Positions 26,623 to 38,358 of a stretch of DNA of 64,000 bases are shown piece by piece. How positions within the stretch are numbered: the first letter of the stretch is position 1; every line of letters starts with the position of its first letter. Source of the stretch: an uncultured Lachnospiraceae bacterium (GTDB lineage Bacteria; Bacillota; Clostridia; Lachnospirales; Lachnospiraceae). Under the pieces are notes generated by a model that worked only from the letters and a program-made list of their open reading frames with translations, was not told the origin of the DNA and searched no databases. The position numbers and the translations under genes are program-made. The stretch is taken from the NCBI GenBank assembly GCA_902776395.1, contig CACYQC010000001.1:1419-65418 (forward strand). The letters are read 5' to 3'.

Positions 26623-27567
26623 ATGAAGAAAAGAAATTGGATTATTTTATCACTTGTAACAGCTATGACAGTAACAATGCTCAGTGGATGTGGTTCAGGA
26701 GAAACTGCATCATCAGAAACTGCGGAAACAGCAGAGGCAGCTGTAACAACAAATGACGAAGTGACAGAAGCAGACGGAACAGGTTCGGATGCTGAAGGTG
26801 GAGTGCTTAGAGTCGGTATGGAATGTGCATATCCACCATTTAACTGGACTCAGGATGAGGCAACTACCCCAGATGGAAGTAAAGCGGTTCCAATATATGG
26901 TTCAGATTATTACGCGTATGGATATGATGTTGCGGTAGCTCAGAAGCTAGCAGATGAGCTTGGTATGGAGCTTGAGATTCATAAGGTCGAATGGTCATCA
27001 ATTGGTATATCGATGGATGCCGGCGATTATGACTGTATTATCGCAGGAATGGGACGTACTGCAGAAAGAGAGATGTCTTATTCATTTACCGAACCATATT
27101 ATTACAGAGATAACTGTATCGTAGTTAAGAAGGATGGACCATATGCAAATGTTAAGGGTTTGTCGGAACTTGCAGGTACAGGCTGTAAGGTAACAACACA
27201 GCTTGGTACCGGATGGATTCCTCTTCTTGATCAGATTGAGGGTGCTGTAACAGGAAGTAATTATGAGACAACCTCTGAATGCTTTATGGCAGTCTCAAAT
27301 GGTGTCGCTGACGTATGTATCATCGATCTTCCAACAGCTAAATCAGCACTTCTTACTAATGACGATCTGGTAATTGTTACATTTGATGAAAATGATACAT
27401 TTACTGGTGATGATGAGATGGTAAATGTTTGTATCGCAACGAGGAAGAATGATACAGCACTTAGAGATAAACTTCAGGGTGCTATGGATGCCATCGGATG
27501 GAATGACAAGACAGCTATGGATGAGCTTATGAATAAGGTAATTGGACAGCAGCCAGCAGCTGAATAA
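26623..27567 (+). CDS. Polar amino-acid ABC transporter substrate-binding lipoprotein
   Basis: Lipobox LSGC; LRVGMECAYPPFN, GYDV, IIAGM...ERE...FTEPYY. Confidence 0.9.
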   Translation: MKKRNWIILSLVTAMTVTMLSGCGSGETASSETAETAEAAVTTNDEVTEADGTGSDAEGGVLRVGMECAYPPFNWTQDEATTPDGSKAVPIYGSDYYAYGYDVAVAQKLADELGMELEIHKVEWSSIGISMDAGDYDCIIAGMGRTAEREMSYSFTEPYYYRDNCIVVKKDGPYANVKGLSELAGTGCKVTTQLGTGWIPLLDQIEGAVTGSNYETTSECFMAVSNGVADVCIIDLPTAKSALLTNDDLVIVTFDENDTFTGDDEMVNVCIATRKNDTALRDKLQGAMDAIGWNDKTAMDELMNKVIGQQPAAE

Positions 27568-27607
27568 GCATTGTAAATAGTTATTATAGAAAAGGTTGGG
27601 ATGGGAA

Positions 27608-28378
27608 ATGGGATATAGATTTTTATCAATCACAGATCCGACTAATTCATTTGAATGGATGATATTCCTGACTAAGAAGTATCTCGGCATGTTTCTGGAA
27701 GGTACCTGGCTCACCTTATACATAGCTGTGCTAGGTACGCTTCTGGGATTCGTGCTCGGATACGTAATAGGAATCGTTCAGGATCTCAAAATAAATCAGG
27801 GAGATCTGTTTATAAAGAAAATAATCATCAGATTAATAAAGCTTGTATCAACTGTATATGTTGAGATCTTCCGTGATACGCCGATGATTGTACAGGCGAT
27901 GATTATATATTACGGAATTCGACAGACGGGAGTTGATCTGACCCCCGTTATCGCAGGTATTCTGGTAACGGTACTGAATACCGGAGCATATATGGCTGAA
28001 ACTGTAAGAGGTGGTATAGGTTCTATAGACATGGGTCAGAGAGAAGGCGCATGGGCTATGGGAATGTCACCGATGAAGACGATGTTTTATATAGTATTAC
28101 CTCAGGCATTCCAGAATATTATTCCTGAGATGGCGAATACATTTCTTACAAATCTGAAGATGACATCGGTATTAAATGTAATCGCGGTTCAGGAGCTGTT
28201 CATGGCAGCTAAGACGGTCGGTGGTAATTATTATAAGTATTTTGAGAGCTATCTTGTTATTGCAGTGATTTACTTTGTTCTGTGCTTCTTGTTCAATAAG
28301 GTATTTGGACTGATTGAGAAGAAGATGAAGGGCAAGGAGGATTATGCTCTCGCAGTTGAGTATCTGGATAATGAGTAA
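27608..28378 (+). CDS. Amino-acid ABC transporter permease
   Basis: [34 protein letters not shown]; exact start uncertain (27596-27608). Confidence 0.9.
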   Translation: MGYRFLSITDPTNSFEWMIFLTKKYLGMFLEGTWLTLYIAVLGTLLGFVLGYVIGIVQDLKINQGDLFIKKIIIRLIKLVSTVYVEIFRDTPMIVQAMIIYYGIRQTGVDLTPVIAGILVTVLNTGAYMAETVRGGIGSIDMGQREGAWAMGMSPMKTMFYIVLPQAFQNIIPEMANTFLTNLKMTSVLNVIAVQELFMAAKTVGGNYYKYFESYLVIAVIYFVLCFLFNKVFGLIEKKMKGKEDYALAVEYLDNE

Positions 28379-28389
28379 GGAGGCATACT

Positions 28390-29130
28390 ATGGGAGATGC
28401 GGTTATATCAATACGTGATCTCAGCAAATCCTTTGGTGATCACGAGGTGCTTCGGAAGATAGATATAGAGGTGAATGCCGGAGAGATTATATGCATAGTA
28501 GGGTCTTCGGGTTCGGGAAAATCAACACTTCTCAGGTGTATCAATAAATTGGAACGTCAGACCACGGGGAAGGTAATGTATCATGGCAAAGAAGTCAGAG
28601 ATATCCAGCGTGAGATAAATGATTACCGTGCAAAGGTGGGAATGGTATTTCAGTCCTTTAATCTGTTCAACAATATGACAGTATTACAGAACTGCATGAT
28701 ATGTACAAGAAAGGTTCTGCACATATCAAAGTCAGAAGCCTTTGACAGGGCGATTACTCATCTGAAGGAAGTAGGAATGGCACCATATATCAATGCTAAG
28801 CCTGCGCAACTTTCCGGTGGACAGAAGCAGAGGGTCGCAATAGCAAGGTCGCTTTGTATGAATCCCGAGGTTCTGCTCTTCGATGAACCAACATCTGCAC
28901 TTGATCCGGAGATGGTTGGAGAGGTGCTGAATGTTATGAAGCAGCTGGCGACTACAGGGCTTACTATGATTATCGTGACTCACGAGATGGCATTTGCAAG
29001 AGATGTTTCAACAAGAACAATCTTTATGGATAGAGGATATGTTGCTGAGGATGCACCACCTTCGGAGCTGTTCAGTAACCCGAAAAATCCAAGAACAAGA
29101 GAATTCTTAAGTCGATATCTGGCAGGATAA
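28390..29130 (+). CDS. Amino-acid ABC transporter ATP-binding subunit (GlnQ-like)
   Basis: [33 protein letters not shown]. Confidence 0.95.
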   Translation: MGDAVISIRDLSKSFGDHEVLRKIDIEVNAGEIICIVGSSGSGKSTLLRCINKLERQTTGKVMYHGKEVRDIQREINDYRAKVGMVFQSFNLFNNMTVLQNCMICTRKVLHISKSEAFDRAITHLKEVGMAPYINAKPAQLSGGQKQRVAIARSLCMNPEVLLFDEPTSALDPEMVGEVLNVMKQLATTGLTMIIVTHEMAFARDVSTRTIFMDRGYVAEDAPPSELFSNPKNPRTREFLSRYLAG

Positions 29131-29161
29131 AAACCCATCATTACTCTAGGAGGCGGTTAAG

Positions 29162-29818
29162 ATGAAAAGATTTGTTGTAACATTTGCCAGAGGATTTGGT
29201 TCAGGCGGGAAAGAGATAGCTTCGATTCTGGCAAAGGATTTGGGGATACATTGCTATGAAAATCGGATACTTACACTTGCAAGTCAGATGAGTGGTTTGG
29301 ATGAAAAGCTCTTTCAGGAAGTAAATGAGAAAATAAGATCAAATGGTGGCTTTTCAAACCTTATGAGGGGCCTTCCAAGAACAAGAAATTATCTGGCAAG
29401 AAATGAAAAATTCGTATCTGATGATAAGTTATTTGAATATCAGAGTGATATTATTCGAAATCTTTCTGAACAGGAATCGTGCGTGATTGTTGGAAAATGT
29501 GCTGATTATGTTCTGAGAGATAAACATAATGTTGTCAGTATATATATAGAGGCACCAAGAGCATTTTGTGTGCAAAGAACTATGAAAAATCTTGGAGTAA
29601 CGGAAGAGGTTGCTCATGCAACTATTAAAAAAACTGATAAGTATAGAGCTGATTATTATGCTTATTATACACATGGCAATTACTGGACCAATCCTGTTAA
29701 TTACGATATGACACTAAATAGTGAAAAGGTTGGAATTAAGGACTGTGTGAAGCTGATAGAACAATATCTGTTGATTAAAGGATATATTAGTGTAGAGGAT
29801 ATTGATTTCTATGAATAA
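29162..29818 (+). CDS. Cytidylate kinase-like protein
   Basis: TFARGFGSGG, SCVIVGKCADYVL, NYDMTLNS. Confidence 0.85.
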   Translation: MKRFVVTFARGFGSGGKEIASILAKDLGIHCYENRILTLASQMSGLDEKLFQEVNEKIRSNGGFSNLMRGLPRTRNYLARNEKFVSDDKLFEYQSDIIRNLSEQESCVIVGKCADYVLRDKHNVVSIYIEAPRAFCVQRTMKNLGVTEEVAHATIKKTDKYRADYYAYYTHGNYWTNPVNYDMTLNSEKVGIKDCVKLIEQYLLIKGYISVEDIDFYE

Positions 29819-29833
29819 ATATTAGAAAGAAGG

Positions 29834-31057
29834 ATGATGAAAATGAAGTTATCAGATACAGGTTTAACAGCACAGGATATTAAGGATAAAGTAAATAAAT
29901 ATATGATTGAAACTTATGAAAGATTTGATTTTCTTGCAGAAACTGCAAAGGATCAGTATATCTATAATGAAAAAGGCGAGAGATATTTGGATTTTTATGC
30001 CGGAATTGCTGTTAATTCTGCCGGAAGTTGTAATGAAAAGGTTGTCGCAGCTGCTGTTGAACAGACAAAGGAACTGATGCACACCTTCAACTATCCATAT
30101 ACTATTCCGCAGGCACTCCTTGCAGAAAAGGTATGTACGACAATTGGAATGGATAAGATATTCTTTCAGAATTCAGGTACAGAAGCGAACGAGGCTATGA
30201 TAAAGATGGCGAGAAAATATGGTATAGAGAAATATGGTCCGAACAGATACCATATCGTGACTGCCAAGATGGGATTCCATGGAAGAACCTTCGGAGCGAT
30301 GTCAGCGACCGGTCAGCCGGGAAATGGCTGCCAGGTCGGGTTCGGTCCGATGACCTATGGCTTCTCGTATGCACCATATAATGATCTTCAGGCTTTCAAG
30401 GATGCGTGTACCGAGAACACAATTGCCATAATGATTGAGCCGGTTCAGGGTGAAGGGGGAGTTCATCCTGCAACCTACGAATTCATGACCGGGCTCAGGA
30501 GATTCTGTGATGTGAATAATATGCTACTTCTTATTGATGAGGTTCAGACCGGATGGTGCAGAACTGGAAATATAATGAGCTACATGAATTATGGTATTAA
30601 GCCCGACATTGTATCAATGGCAAAGGCATTAGGCGGTGGTATGCCTATAGGCGCTATTTGTGCAAAAAAGGAGGTTGCAAAAGCTTTTTCAGCCGGATCA
30701 CATGGAACTACATTTGGTGGACATCCTGTAAGTTGTGCAGCAGCTCTCGCTCAGGTGAATGAGCTTCTGGACAGAAATCTTGCCGGAAATGCAAAGAAGA
30801 TGGGAAGCTACCTTGCCGAAAAGCTGAAGAAGCTTCCGCATGTAAAGGAAGTCAGGGGACAGGGACTTCTGGTGGGAGTAGAGTTTGATGACTCGATAAG
30901 CAGTGTAGATGTGAAGCACGAATGCCTTAACAGACATCTGCTACTGACAGCAATCGGAGATCATATCATACGAATGGTTCCACCGCTTATTATTGATGAG
31001 AAGGATGCGGATGAGGCTGTAGATATAATTAAGGCATCTATAGAAGCACTTGAATAG
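29834..31057 (+). CDS. Class III PLP aminotransferase (acetylornithine/diamine/GABA-type)
   Basis: NSGTEANE, FHGRT, EPVQGEGG, DEVQTG, MAKALGGG, HGTTFGG. Confidence 0.92.
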   Translation: MMKMKLSDTGLTAQDIKDKVNKYMIETYERFDFLAETAKDQYIYNEKGERYLDFYAGIAVNSAGSCNEKVVAAAVEQTKELMHTFNYPYTIPQALLAEKVCTTIGMDKIFFQNSGTEANEAMIKMARKYGIEKYGPNRYHIVTAKMGFHGRTFGAMSATGQPGNGCQVGFGPMTYGFSYAPYNDLQAFKDACTENTIAIMIEPVQGEGGVHPATYEFMTGLRRFCDVNNMLLLIDEVQTGWCRTGNIMSYMNYGIKPDIVSMAKALGGGMPIGAICAKKEVAKAFSAGSHGTTFGGHPVSCAAALAQVNELLDRNLAGNAKKMGSYLAEKLKKLPHVKEVRGQGLLVGVEFDDSISSVDVKHECLNRHLLLTAIGDHIIRMVPPLIIDEKDADEAVDIIKASIEALE

Positions 31058-31069
31058 GAGACAAAACAG

Positions 31070-32221
31070 ATGGACGGATTTTCATTTTCAGTACCACAGA
31101 ATATTATTTTTGGATGGGGAGCAATGGAAAAGCTTTCGGAAAATGCTGAAAAAATTGGCGGTAATAAAGGGTTTATTATATCCGGTCCTCATTTAAAAAA
31201 AATAGGAATGGTTGATAAATGTATAGAAGCTTTAGGAAAGAATGGAATAATATGTGAATCGTTCACAGATACAGAAGGCAATCCTAGTACGGATACCGTA
31301 GATAAGGCTACGAAAAAATTCCTTGAAAGCGGGGCTGATTTTATTATAGCTTTTGGAGGTGGATCTCCGTTGGATACAGCTAAGGCTGTTGCTGTCCTGG
31401 GGACTTACGGAGGTGTTATTACTGATTATGAAGGCGTTGGTAAGGTTACGGGACAGGTTGTTCCCATGATTGCTATTCCAACTACAGCCGGTACGGGTTC
31501 TGAGGTAACTTCATTTTCAGTAATAACAGATCATAGCAGAAATTATAAGCTTACAGTTGGAAGTGAATATCTTCTCCCTAAAGTAACTATTCTTGATCCT
31601 GAACTTATTACATCTGTTCCGGAGAGGGTGGCAGCCTCTTGTGGAGTGGATGCTTTTGTTCATGCGTTAGAAGCATATCTGTCTCTGGCGGCATCCCCGT
31701 TTTCAGATATGATGGCGCTTAGAGCAATGGAATTAATTGGAAAAAATATTCTTGAATATATCGATAATCGTAAAGATAAAAGTGCATCAGAGGCAATGCT
31801 GATGGGTTCACTCTTTGCAGGTATAGCATTTTCTCATGCCAGACTTGGAAATGTTCATGCTATGAGTCATCCAGTTAGTGCTTTCTTTGATGTACCTCAT
31901 GGACTTGCAAATGCCATATTACTTCCTACGGTTGTTGAATATAACGAGGAAACTAATCCTGAAAAATACTATGATATATACTGCTGTTTATCACGAAAAC
32001 CTATTTTAAAGGAAGCATTTGCACCACATATGCTTGTGGAAGAAATTAGAGCAATGAATAGTAAACTTGGAATTCCAGATAATCTAAAGAGCGTGGGAGT
32101 GACATCTGATAAGCTTGAAACTATGACTGATGATGCAATGAAAAGTGGAAACATAAAAGTTAATCCGCGTCATACATCCAGAGAAGATATATTAAATCTT
32201 TATAAGAAAGCATATGGATAG
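31070..32221 (+). CDS. Iron-containing alcohol dehydrogenase
   Basis: GGGSPLD, PTTAGTGSE, DAFVHALE, HAMSH, PHG. Confidence 0.92.
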   Translation: MDGFSFSVPQNIIFGWGAMEKLSENAEKIGGNKGFIISGPHLKKIGMVDKCIEALGKNGIICESFTDTEGNPSTDTVDKATKKFLESGADFIIAFGGGSPLDTAKAVAVLGTYGGVITDYEGVGKVTGQVVPMIAIPTTAGTGSEVTSFSVITDHSRNYKLTVGSEYLLPKVTILDPELITSVPERVAASCGVDAFVHALEAYLSLAASPFSDMMALRAMELIGKNILEYIDNRKDKSASEAMLMGSLFAGIAFSHARLGNVHAMSHPVSAFFDVPHGLANAILLPTVVEYNEETNPEKYYDIYCCLSRKPILKEAFAPHMLVEEIRAMNSKLGIPDNLKSVGVTSDKLETMTDDAMKSGNIKVNPRHTSREDILNLYKKAYG

Positions 32222-32256
32222 AAAATATCTATAATGATGAAGGGAGGACGAACAAA

Positions 32257-33576
32257 ATGAATAATCAGAAGCTAGTGCAGCATACTGACAGGATAAATAC
32301 TTTGTTGGCCCGCTACGGTGTGAAGTTCGGTATTTATAAGAATAATACATTCAAGGAACAGTTATTTCCCTTTGATTCTATTCCGAGAATTATAGAGTAT
32401 ACCGAATTTAAAATGCTGGAAAAAGGGCTGAAACAAAGAGTTTTAGCCCTTAATTTATTCTTGAAGGACATTTACTCAGATAAGAAGATTGTAAAGGATG
32501 GAGTTGTTCCTGAGGACTTTATCTATGCCTCTTCGGGATACATGGCTGAATGTGAGGATGTTATGCCAATGAAGGGAATATATTCTCACATCTCCGGAAT
32601 TGATCTTGTGAAGGGTAAGGATGATGAATGGTACATCCTTGAGGATAATCTTCGGGTGCCATCAGGTGCGTCCTATCCAATGATTGCAAGAGACTTATGC
32701 AGGAAGAGTTCTCCTGAAACCTTCAATCATGTAAGGCTGATTGATAACCGTAATTATGCCGAGTTGCTCAGGAAAACAATGGACTATGTAAATACCGGCG
32801 GACATACAGTGATTCTTACACCGGGAAGATATAATGCGGCTTATTTTGAACATTCATATCTTGCAGAAAAGACCGGTGCGCATCTAGTGACGGGATCTGA
32901 GCTTTTTGTTGAAAATGATGTGCTGTACTACATAAGTCTGAATGGCTCTAAGGAGAAGGTTGGTGCTGTATATAGAAGAATATCAGATGAATACCTTGAT
33001 CCTATGAACTTTAATCCGGAGTCGCTTATAGGTATTCCTCATATATATGATGCCTTCAGGAAGGGTAATGTGGCACTGATCAATGCGCCCGGAAATGGAG
33101 TCGCAGATGATAAGGGAATATATTATTTCGTTCCTAAGATGATTAAGTATTATCTGTCAGAGGAGCCTGTTCTCAGGAATGCTCCGACATATCTTCCTTT
33201 CTATGAAGAGGATATGATGTATGTTCTTGAAAACTTTGACAAGTTAGTTCTTAAGGATGTAGCAGAAGCAGGAGGCTATGGAGTGGTATTTGGAAATACT
33301 ATGACAAGAGAGCAGAAGACGGACTTTATAAAGCTATTAACTTCTGAGCCGAGAAGATTTATAGCACAGGAGGTTATAGATTTTCAGAATCTTGATATCC
33401 TGGATGAGGGCGAAATAGTTCCAAGAAAAGCGGATCTGAGAGCTTTTGTCTTAATGGCTGATGAGCCTTATGTATGGGCTAGTGGCCTTACAAGATTCTC
33501 AAGAAATCCGGATTCATTTATAGTTAATTCATCTCAGGGAGGAGGTTTCAAAGACACATGGGTATTATCTCAGTAG
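32257..33576 (+). CDS. Circularly permuted ATP-grasp (type 2) amidoligase
   Basis: FPFDSIPR, GIDL, LEDNLRVPSG, NAPGNGVADDK, DLRAF, VNSSQGGGFKDTWVL. Confidence 0.9.
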   Translation: MNNQKLVQHTDRINTLLARYGVKFGIYKNNTFKEQLFPFDSIPRIIEYTEFKMLEKGLKQRVLALNLFLKDIYSDKKIVKDGVVPEDFIYASSGYMAECEDVMPMKGIYSHISGIDLVKGKDDEWYILEDNLRVPSGASYPMIARDLCRKSSPETFNHVRLIDNRNYAELLRKTMDYVNTGGHTVILTPGRYNAAYFEHSYLAEKTGAHLVTGSELFVENDVLYYISLNGSKEKVGAVYRRISDEYLDPMNFNPESLIGIPHIYDAFRKGNVALINAPGNGVADDKGIYYFVPKMIKYYLSEEPVLRNAPTYLPFYEEDMMYVLENFDKLVLKDVAEAGGYGVVFGNTMTREQKTDFIKLLTSEPRRFIAQEVIDFQNLDILDEGEIVPRKADLRAFVLMADEPYVWASGLTRFSRNPDSFIVNSSQGGGFKDTWVLSQ

Positions 33577-34226
33577 AACAGGTTGACCACCTATATTGGT
33601 TAGGAAGATATACAGAGAGAGTATATACGACGCTTAAGATTTATTCTGAAAGCTTTGACAGAATGATCGATGAGTCTGAGGACAGTTACCAGAAGTATTG
33701 TGAGTCCCTAGATATTCCGAATATATATGAATCAAAAGAGGATTTTCTAACGAGATATCCATTTGATATCAGTGTGCCGGATTCCATAATCAGTAATCTG
33801 AACAGGGCATATGATAATGCGATAGTTCTTAGAGAAACAATTGGATCTGAAGCTCTTTCATATATTCAGCTCTCGATATATTCAATGAACAATGCGTCAA
33901 AAAGTGATGCTCCGCTCATAGATCTTCAGCAGATTATGGATGATCTTCTTTCATTCTGGGGATTGGTTGATGATCAGATAGATTCAGAACAGATCAGAAA
34001 TATCATAAAAGCTGGAAAAAGGATTGAGAGAATTGATCTATATGCAAGGCTTGAGGTTGATAAAAGCTGCCTGGTCCGTGAGGTACACAGAATGATACCA
34101 AGGGTGCTTAGAAGTGGGATGAAATACGACGAGTCATCGCTAAGCAGGGTGAGCACACTTATTAATGATTCAGAGCTGGATTATGAAAGCATAATATCAA
34201 ATGTTGAAAGAATAGTTGTGTATTAG
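33558..34226 (+). CDS. Alpha-E domain protein
   Basis: LYWLGRYTER, AYDNAIVLRE, GKRIERID; overlaps the ATP-grasp gene. Confidence 0.88.
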   Translation: MGIISVEQVDHLYWLGRYTERVYTTLKIYSESFDRMIDESEDSYQKYCESLDIPNIYESKEDFLTRYPFDISVPDSIISNLNRAYDNAIVLRETIGSEALSYIQLSIYSMNNASKSDAPLIDLQQIMDDLLSFWGLVDDQIDSEQIRNIIKAGKRIERIDLYARLEVDKSCLVREVHRMIPRVLRSGMKYDESSLSRVSTLINDSELDYESIISNVERIVVY

Positions 34227-34238
34227 GAAGGTGATAAT

Positions 34239-35033
34239 GTGGCTTTTTTGAATTATGAATATCGGATGAAAATCAATTATTCTAAGCCGGTAGATAAGTG
34301 CTACTTCACAATTAAGTCAATACCGGCTAATGATTTCAGACAAAGAAATATTTCATATGAAATCAGTATAAATCCTTATGTTTCTTATTCGGAAGGGTTT
34401 GATTCTTTTGGCAATCATCAGATAATTGGTCGTGAACTGGAGAGTCATTCTGAATTCGAATTTAATATAAAGGGTTTGGTAGAAACCTATCAGGTAGGTG
34501 TTCAAGGAGGAATAAACACAAGCAAGATAGGAATGTATAAGTATCCATATGGTAAATGCATACCAGGAAAAAGTATAAGTGATTTTGTGGATGGATTATT
34601 AATAGAAGTAGATGAATTAGAGAATGAAAAAGAAAAATGTATTCTTATAATGAACAGACTTTACGAGAGAATGCAGTATGAAAGAGGGAGTACCGAGATA
34701 GAAACTACAGCTGAAGAGGCATTCTTAAATGGAAAAGGCGTATGTCAGGACTATGCTCATATATATATCAGTCTTCTTCGTACTTTCAATATTCCGGCAA
34801 GGTATGTATGTGGACTTATTGTGGGGGAAGGACAGAGTCATGCATGGGTTGAAGTAGTTTGTGATGGAAGTTTCATTGCTTTTGATCCTACACATAACAG
34901 AGAGATAACGGATGAATATATAAAGTTTGGAGTTGGGAGAGATGCTACAGATTGTGCTATAAACAGAGGCGTTATGTGGGGCGGAGGTCTTCAGACTCAG
35001 GAGATAGAGTGTATCGTAGAAAAATATTACTAA
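34239..35033 (+). CDS. Transglutaminase-like protein
   Basis: GVCQDYAH, IPARYVCG, HAWVE, FDPTH, GRD. Confidence 0.92.
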   Translation: MAFLNYEYRMKINYSKPVDKCYFTIKSIPANDFRQRNISYEISINPYVSYSEGFDSFGNHQIIGRELESHSEFEFNIKGLVETYQVGVQGGINTSKIGMYKYPYGKCIPGKSISDFVDGLLIEVDELENEKEKCILIMNRLYERMQYERGSTEIETTAEEAFLNGKGVCQDYAHIYISLLRTFNIPARYVCGLIVGEGQSHAWVEVVCDGSFIAFDPTHNREITDEYIKFGVGRDATDCAINRGVMWGGGLQTQEIECIVEKYY

Positions 35034-35054
35034 GATAAAAGACAGGAGAACACA

Positions 35055-36011
35055 ATGATAGAAACTGTGACATCAGTAGATCTTCCTATTGATGAAAAAT
35101 TAATGATTAAGAAGAACCGAATAATGTCAAGTGAATATGCTGTTAGTCAGGGACTGAAGCGTATAAGTATCGTAACCGGAATTCATGGAGATGAGCTTGA
35201 AGGCCAATATGTTTGTTATGAAATTCAGAGAAGAATAAACATGGAGAAAGAGAATCTGGTTGGAATAGTTGATATATATCCGGCTATGAATCCCCTTGGA
35301 ATTGATTCCATCACAAGAGGAATTCCGGCATTTGATCTTGATATGAACAGACTGTTTCCGGGAAATAAAGATGGAAATATGACAGAATATCTTGCTGCCG
35401 GAATTATGGAGGATGTGGCAGGCTCCGATATTGTATTTGATATTCACGCAAGCAATATATACCTTACGGAAATACCTCAGATCAGAATAAATGAACTTCA
35501 TGCAGATAGGCTTGTTCCATTCGCCGAAAAAGCAAATGTAGATTTTATCTGGGTGCATGGAGCAAGTACTGTTCTGGAGGCTACATTTGCACATAGCTTA
35601 AACAGTATTGGTACGCCTGTTCTTGTGGTTGAGATGGGAGTTGGAATGAGGCTTACAAGAGAATATGGTGACCAGTTGATAGACGGAATATTTAATACGA
35701 TGAAAGAACTTGGAATGTGGAGGGGAGAAGTTTCCGAAGTAAGAACACCGATGATTTCAAAAAATCCGGATGATGTAAGTTATTTAAATGCATCTGCAAG
35801 CGGACTTTTTGTTCCTGAGGTAAAGCATGGGGCATATTTATCAAAAGGAGATCTGATTGGAAGAATTGTAGATCCATTAGGTGGCAAAGTACTTGATGAG
35901 GTGAGGGCGCCTCAGGGAGGAATGCTCTTTACAATCAGAGATTATCCGATAGTAGATGAAGGATCGCTCATGGGAAGAATACTGAATGAGGAGGTCTGCA
36001 TCTATGAATAA
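35055..36011 (+). CDS. M14 succinylglutamate desuccinylase/aspartoacylase-family protein with intact Zn motifs
   Basis: GIHGDE, DMNRLFPG, DIHAS, VEMG. Confidence 0.88.
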   Translation: MIETVTSVDLPIDEKLMIKKNRIMSSEYAVSQGLKRISIVTGIHGDELEGQYVCYEIQRRINMEKENLVGIVDIYPAMNPLGIDSITRGIPAFDLDMNRLFPGNKDGNMTEYLAAGIMEDVAGSDIVFDIHASNIYLTEIPQIRINELHADRLVPFAEKANVDFIWVHGASTVLEATFAHSLNSIGTPVLVVEMGVGMRLTREYGDQLIDGIFNTMKELGMWRGEVSEVRTPMISKNPDDVSYLNASASGLFVPEVKHGAYLSKGDLIGRIVDPLGGKVLDEVRAPQGGMLFTIRDYPIVDEGSLMGRILNEEVCIYE

Positions 36012-36933
36012 GAATATAGTATATGAAATAAAGGGAATGTATCGGGATGATTTCAGAGTTACCGGTTATGAATTCGGACAGGGAGAGGAATCTGTCTGTA
36101 TCGTCGGTAACTCAAGAGGAAATGAAGTACAACAGATATACTGCTGCTCTCAGCTTGTAAAAAAGATGAAACAGCTTGAGGAAGAGGAGAGAATAAAGGA
36201 CGGTGTAAAGATACTTATCATTCCATCTATCAACCCTTATTCGGTCAATATTCAGAAAAGATTCTGGCCAACAGATAATACCGACATCAACAGAATGTTT
36301 CCGGGATATAATTTGGGAGAAACAACACAAAGGATTGCAGATGGTGTTTTTAGAGAGATAAAAGACTATAAGTATGGAATACAATTTACTTCATTTTACA
36401 TGCCCGGAGATTTTGTGCCACATGTAAGATATATGAAGGAAGGATTTACAAAGAGGGAAGAGGCAGAGAAGTTCGGTCTCAAATATATAGTTGAAAGAAA
36501 TGTCAGACCATATGATACTGCTACACTTAATTATAACTGGCAGGTATGGGATACGACTGCATTTTCTCTGTACACTAACACGACTTCCAGAATCAGTAAT
36601 ACCGGTGCCGGACAGGCTGTACTTGCTGTAATGAACTTTATGGCAAACAGCCAGATGATAAAGTATAGCGCTATAGGAGAGAAGAATATTCGTAAGATTG
36701 ATGATAAAGAGTTTATCTCTGTAAGAACAGCCAAATCAGGATTTTATGAACCACTTGTAAAGGCCGGAGATAAGGTTGAAGCAGGAAGACCGCTTGCGAA
36801 TATTATTAATCCTTATGAAGGCAACATTATAGAAACACTATATTCTCCAATTAACGGCACTATATTCTTTATTCATAATGAACCGCTGACCTATGCAAAT
36901 ACCGCAGTAATAAAACTGATTGAGAATGTGTAA
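36004..36933 (+). CDS. M14 desuccinylase/aspartoacylase-family paralogue with degenerate Zn ligands
   Basis: NSRGNE in place of GxHGxE; DINRMFPG retained; no DxH. Confidence 0.8.
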   Translation: MNKNIVYEIKGMYRDDFRVTGYEFGQGEESVCIVGNSRGNEVQQIYCCSQLVKKMKQLEEEERIKDGVKILIIPSINPYSVNIQKRFWPTDNTDINRMFPGYNLGETTQRIADGVFREIKDYKYGIQFTSFYMPGDFVPHVRYMKEGFTKREEAEKFGLKYIVERNVRPYDTATLNYNWQVWDTTAFSLYTNTTSRISNTGAGQAVLAVMNFMANSQMIKYSAIGEKNIRKIDDKEFISVRTAKSGFYEPLVKAGDKVEAGRPLANIINPYEGNIIETLYSPINGTIFFIHNEPLTYANTAVIKLIENV

Positions 36934-36951
36934 AGAGAGTAGGAAAATTAT

Positions 36952-38358
36952 ATGATAGAAAGCTTAAGCGAAAATAAATTTATAAATGAAAACCTGGATG
37001 AAAAAGCCTTCAGAAATCTTATTAAAAATGTTGAGATTTTAAACACTGAGCTTCTGAAAAACCATCGCATAGATAAGTCATTATATGATAAATATGATGT
37101 AAAAAGAGGCTTAAGAGATTCAACAGGTAAAGGCGTTTTAACGGGACTTACAGAGGTATCAGATGTTGTTGGTACAACGGATGAAAATGGAAAAACACTT
37201 CAGACAGAAGGCAGACTATTCTATCAGGGGTACGAAGTAAAGGAAATATTAAAGAAGTATGAGGACAACAAATATTGTTTTGAAATAATAATCTATCTGC
37301 TGATGTTTGGAAAACTGCCTGATGAAGAAGAATTGTCACTGTTTTTAGATGTAATGTGGCAGATGCAGAATCTGGAAAACAGATTTATTCGTGATGTTGT
37401 TATGAAAGCTTCAAATTCCAATATTATGAATGCACTGCAAAGATGTGTTTTAACACTTTATACCTATGATTCAAATCCTGATGATATATCAGAGGATAAT
37501 GTGTTAAGACAGTCGTTGGTTTTGATAAATAAAATCCCGTTAATTGCAGTATATTCTTATATGGCATATTGTCATTTCAGGAAAGACCAAACTCTTCTTA
37601 TTCGTAATCCAAAGAATGATCATTCAATGGCGGAGAATATTCTCTTAATGCTCAGACCGGACGGGAAGTATACTGAGCTTGAAGCAAAGGTGCTGGGTAT
37701 TGCGCTTATATTACATGCAGAACATGGAGGAGGGAATAATTCTACATTTACCACACATGTGGTTACATCATCAGGAACGGATACATATTCTTCGATTGCG
37801 GCTTCGATTGGATCGTTAAAAGGACCTCGCCATGGAGGTGCTAATCTAAAGGTAATGGATATGTTCAGAGATATCAAATCTCATCTAGAAAATCTGGACG
37901 ATAATTCGGAAATAGAAACATACCTTCTTAGAATCCTTAATAAGGAAGCGTTTGATCATTCAGGACTTATCTACGGTATGGGACATGCTGTTTACACTTT
38001 ATCTGATCCAAGAGAGGTGATATTGAAGAGCTTTGCAAAAAAGCTTGCGGAAGAAAAAGGACTTAGTAAGGAATTTGATTTTTATGAGAGGGTGGAAAGA
38101 ATAGCTCAGAAGCTTATCATGGAAAAACATAAGGTTAATAAGAATATCTGTGCAAATGTAGATTTTTATAGTGGCTTTGTTTATACAATGCTTGGGATAC
38201 CGGAAGAGTTATTTACTCCGATATTTGCTATAGCTCGCACACCGGGTTGGTGCGCTCACAGACTGGAGGAACTGATGAATGGTAACAGAATTATTCGACC
38301 AGCTTATAAGTATGTTGGGGAACATGTTACTGTCGATGAAGGAGGAAAACTATTATGA
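36952..38358 (+). CDS. gltA: Citrate synthase
   Basis: [40 protein letters not shown]. Confidence 0.92.
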   Translation: MIESLSENKFINENLDEKAFRNLIKNVEILNTELLKNHRIDKSLYDKYDVKRGLRDSTGKGVLTGLTEVSDVVGTTDENGKTLQTEGRLFYQGYEVKEILKKYEDNKYCFEIIIYLLMFGKLPDEEELSLFLDVMWQMQNLENRFIRDVVMKASNSNIMNALQRCVLTLYTYDSNPDDISEDNVLRQSLVLINKIPLIAVYSYMAYCHFRKDQTLLIRNPKNDHSMAENILLMLRPDGKYTELEAKVLGIALILHAEHGGGNNSTFTTHVVTSSGTDTYSSIAASIGSLKGPRHGGANLKVMDMFRDIKSHLENLDDNSEIETYLLRILNKEAFDHSGLIYGMGHAVYTLSDPREVILKSFAKKLAEEKGLSKEFDFYERVERIAQKLIMEKHKVNKNICANVDFYSGFVYTMLGIPEELFTPIFAIARTPGWCAHRLEELMNGNRIIRPAYKYVGEHVTVDEGGKLL

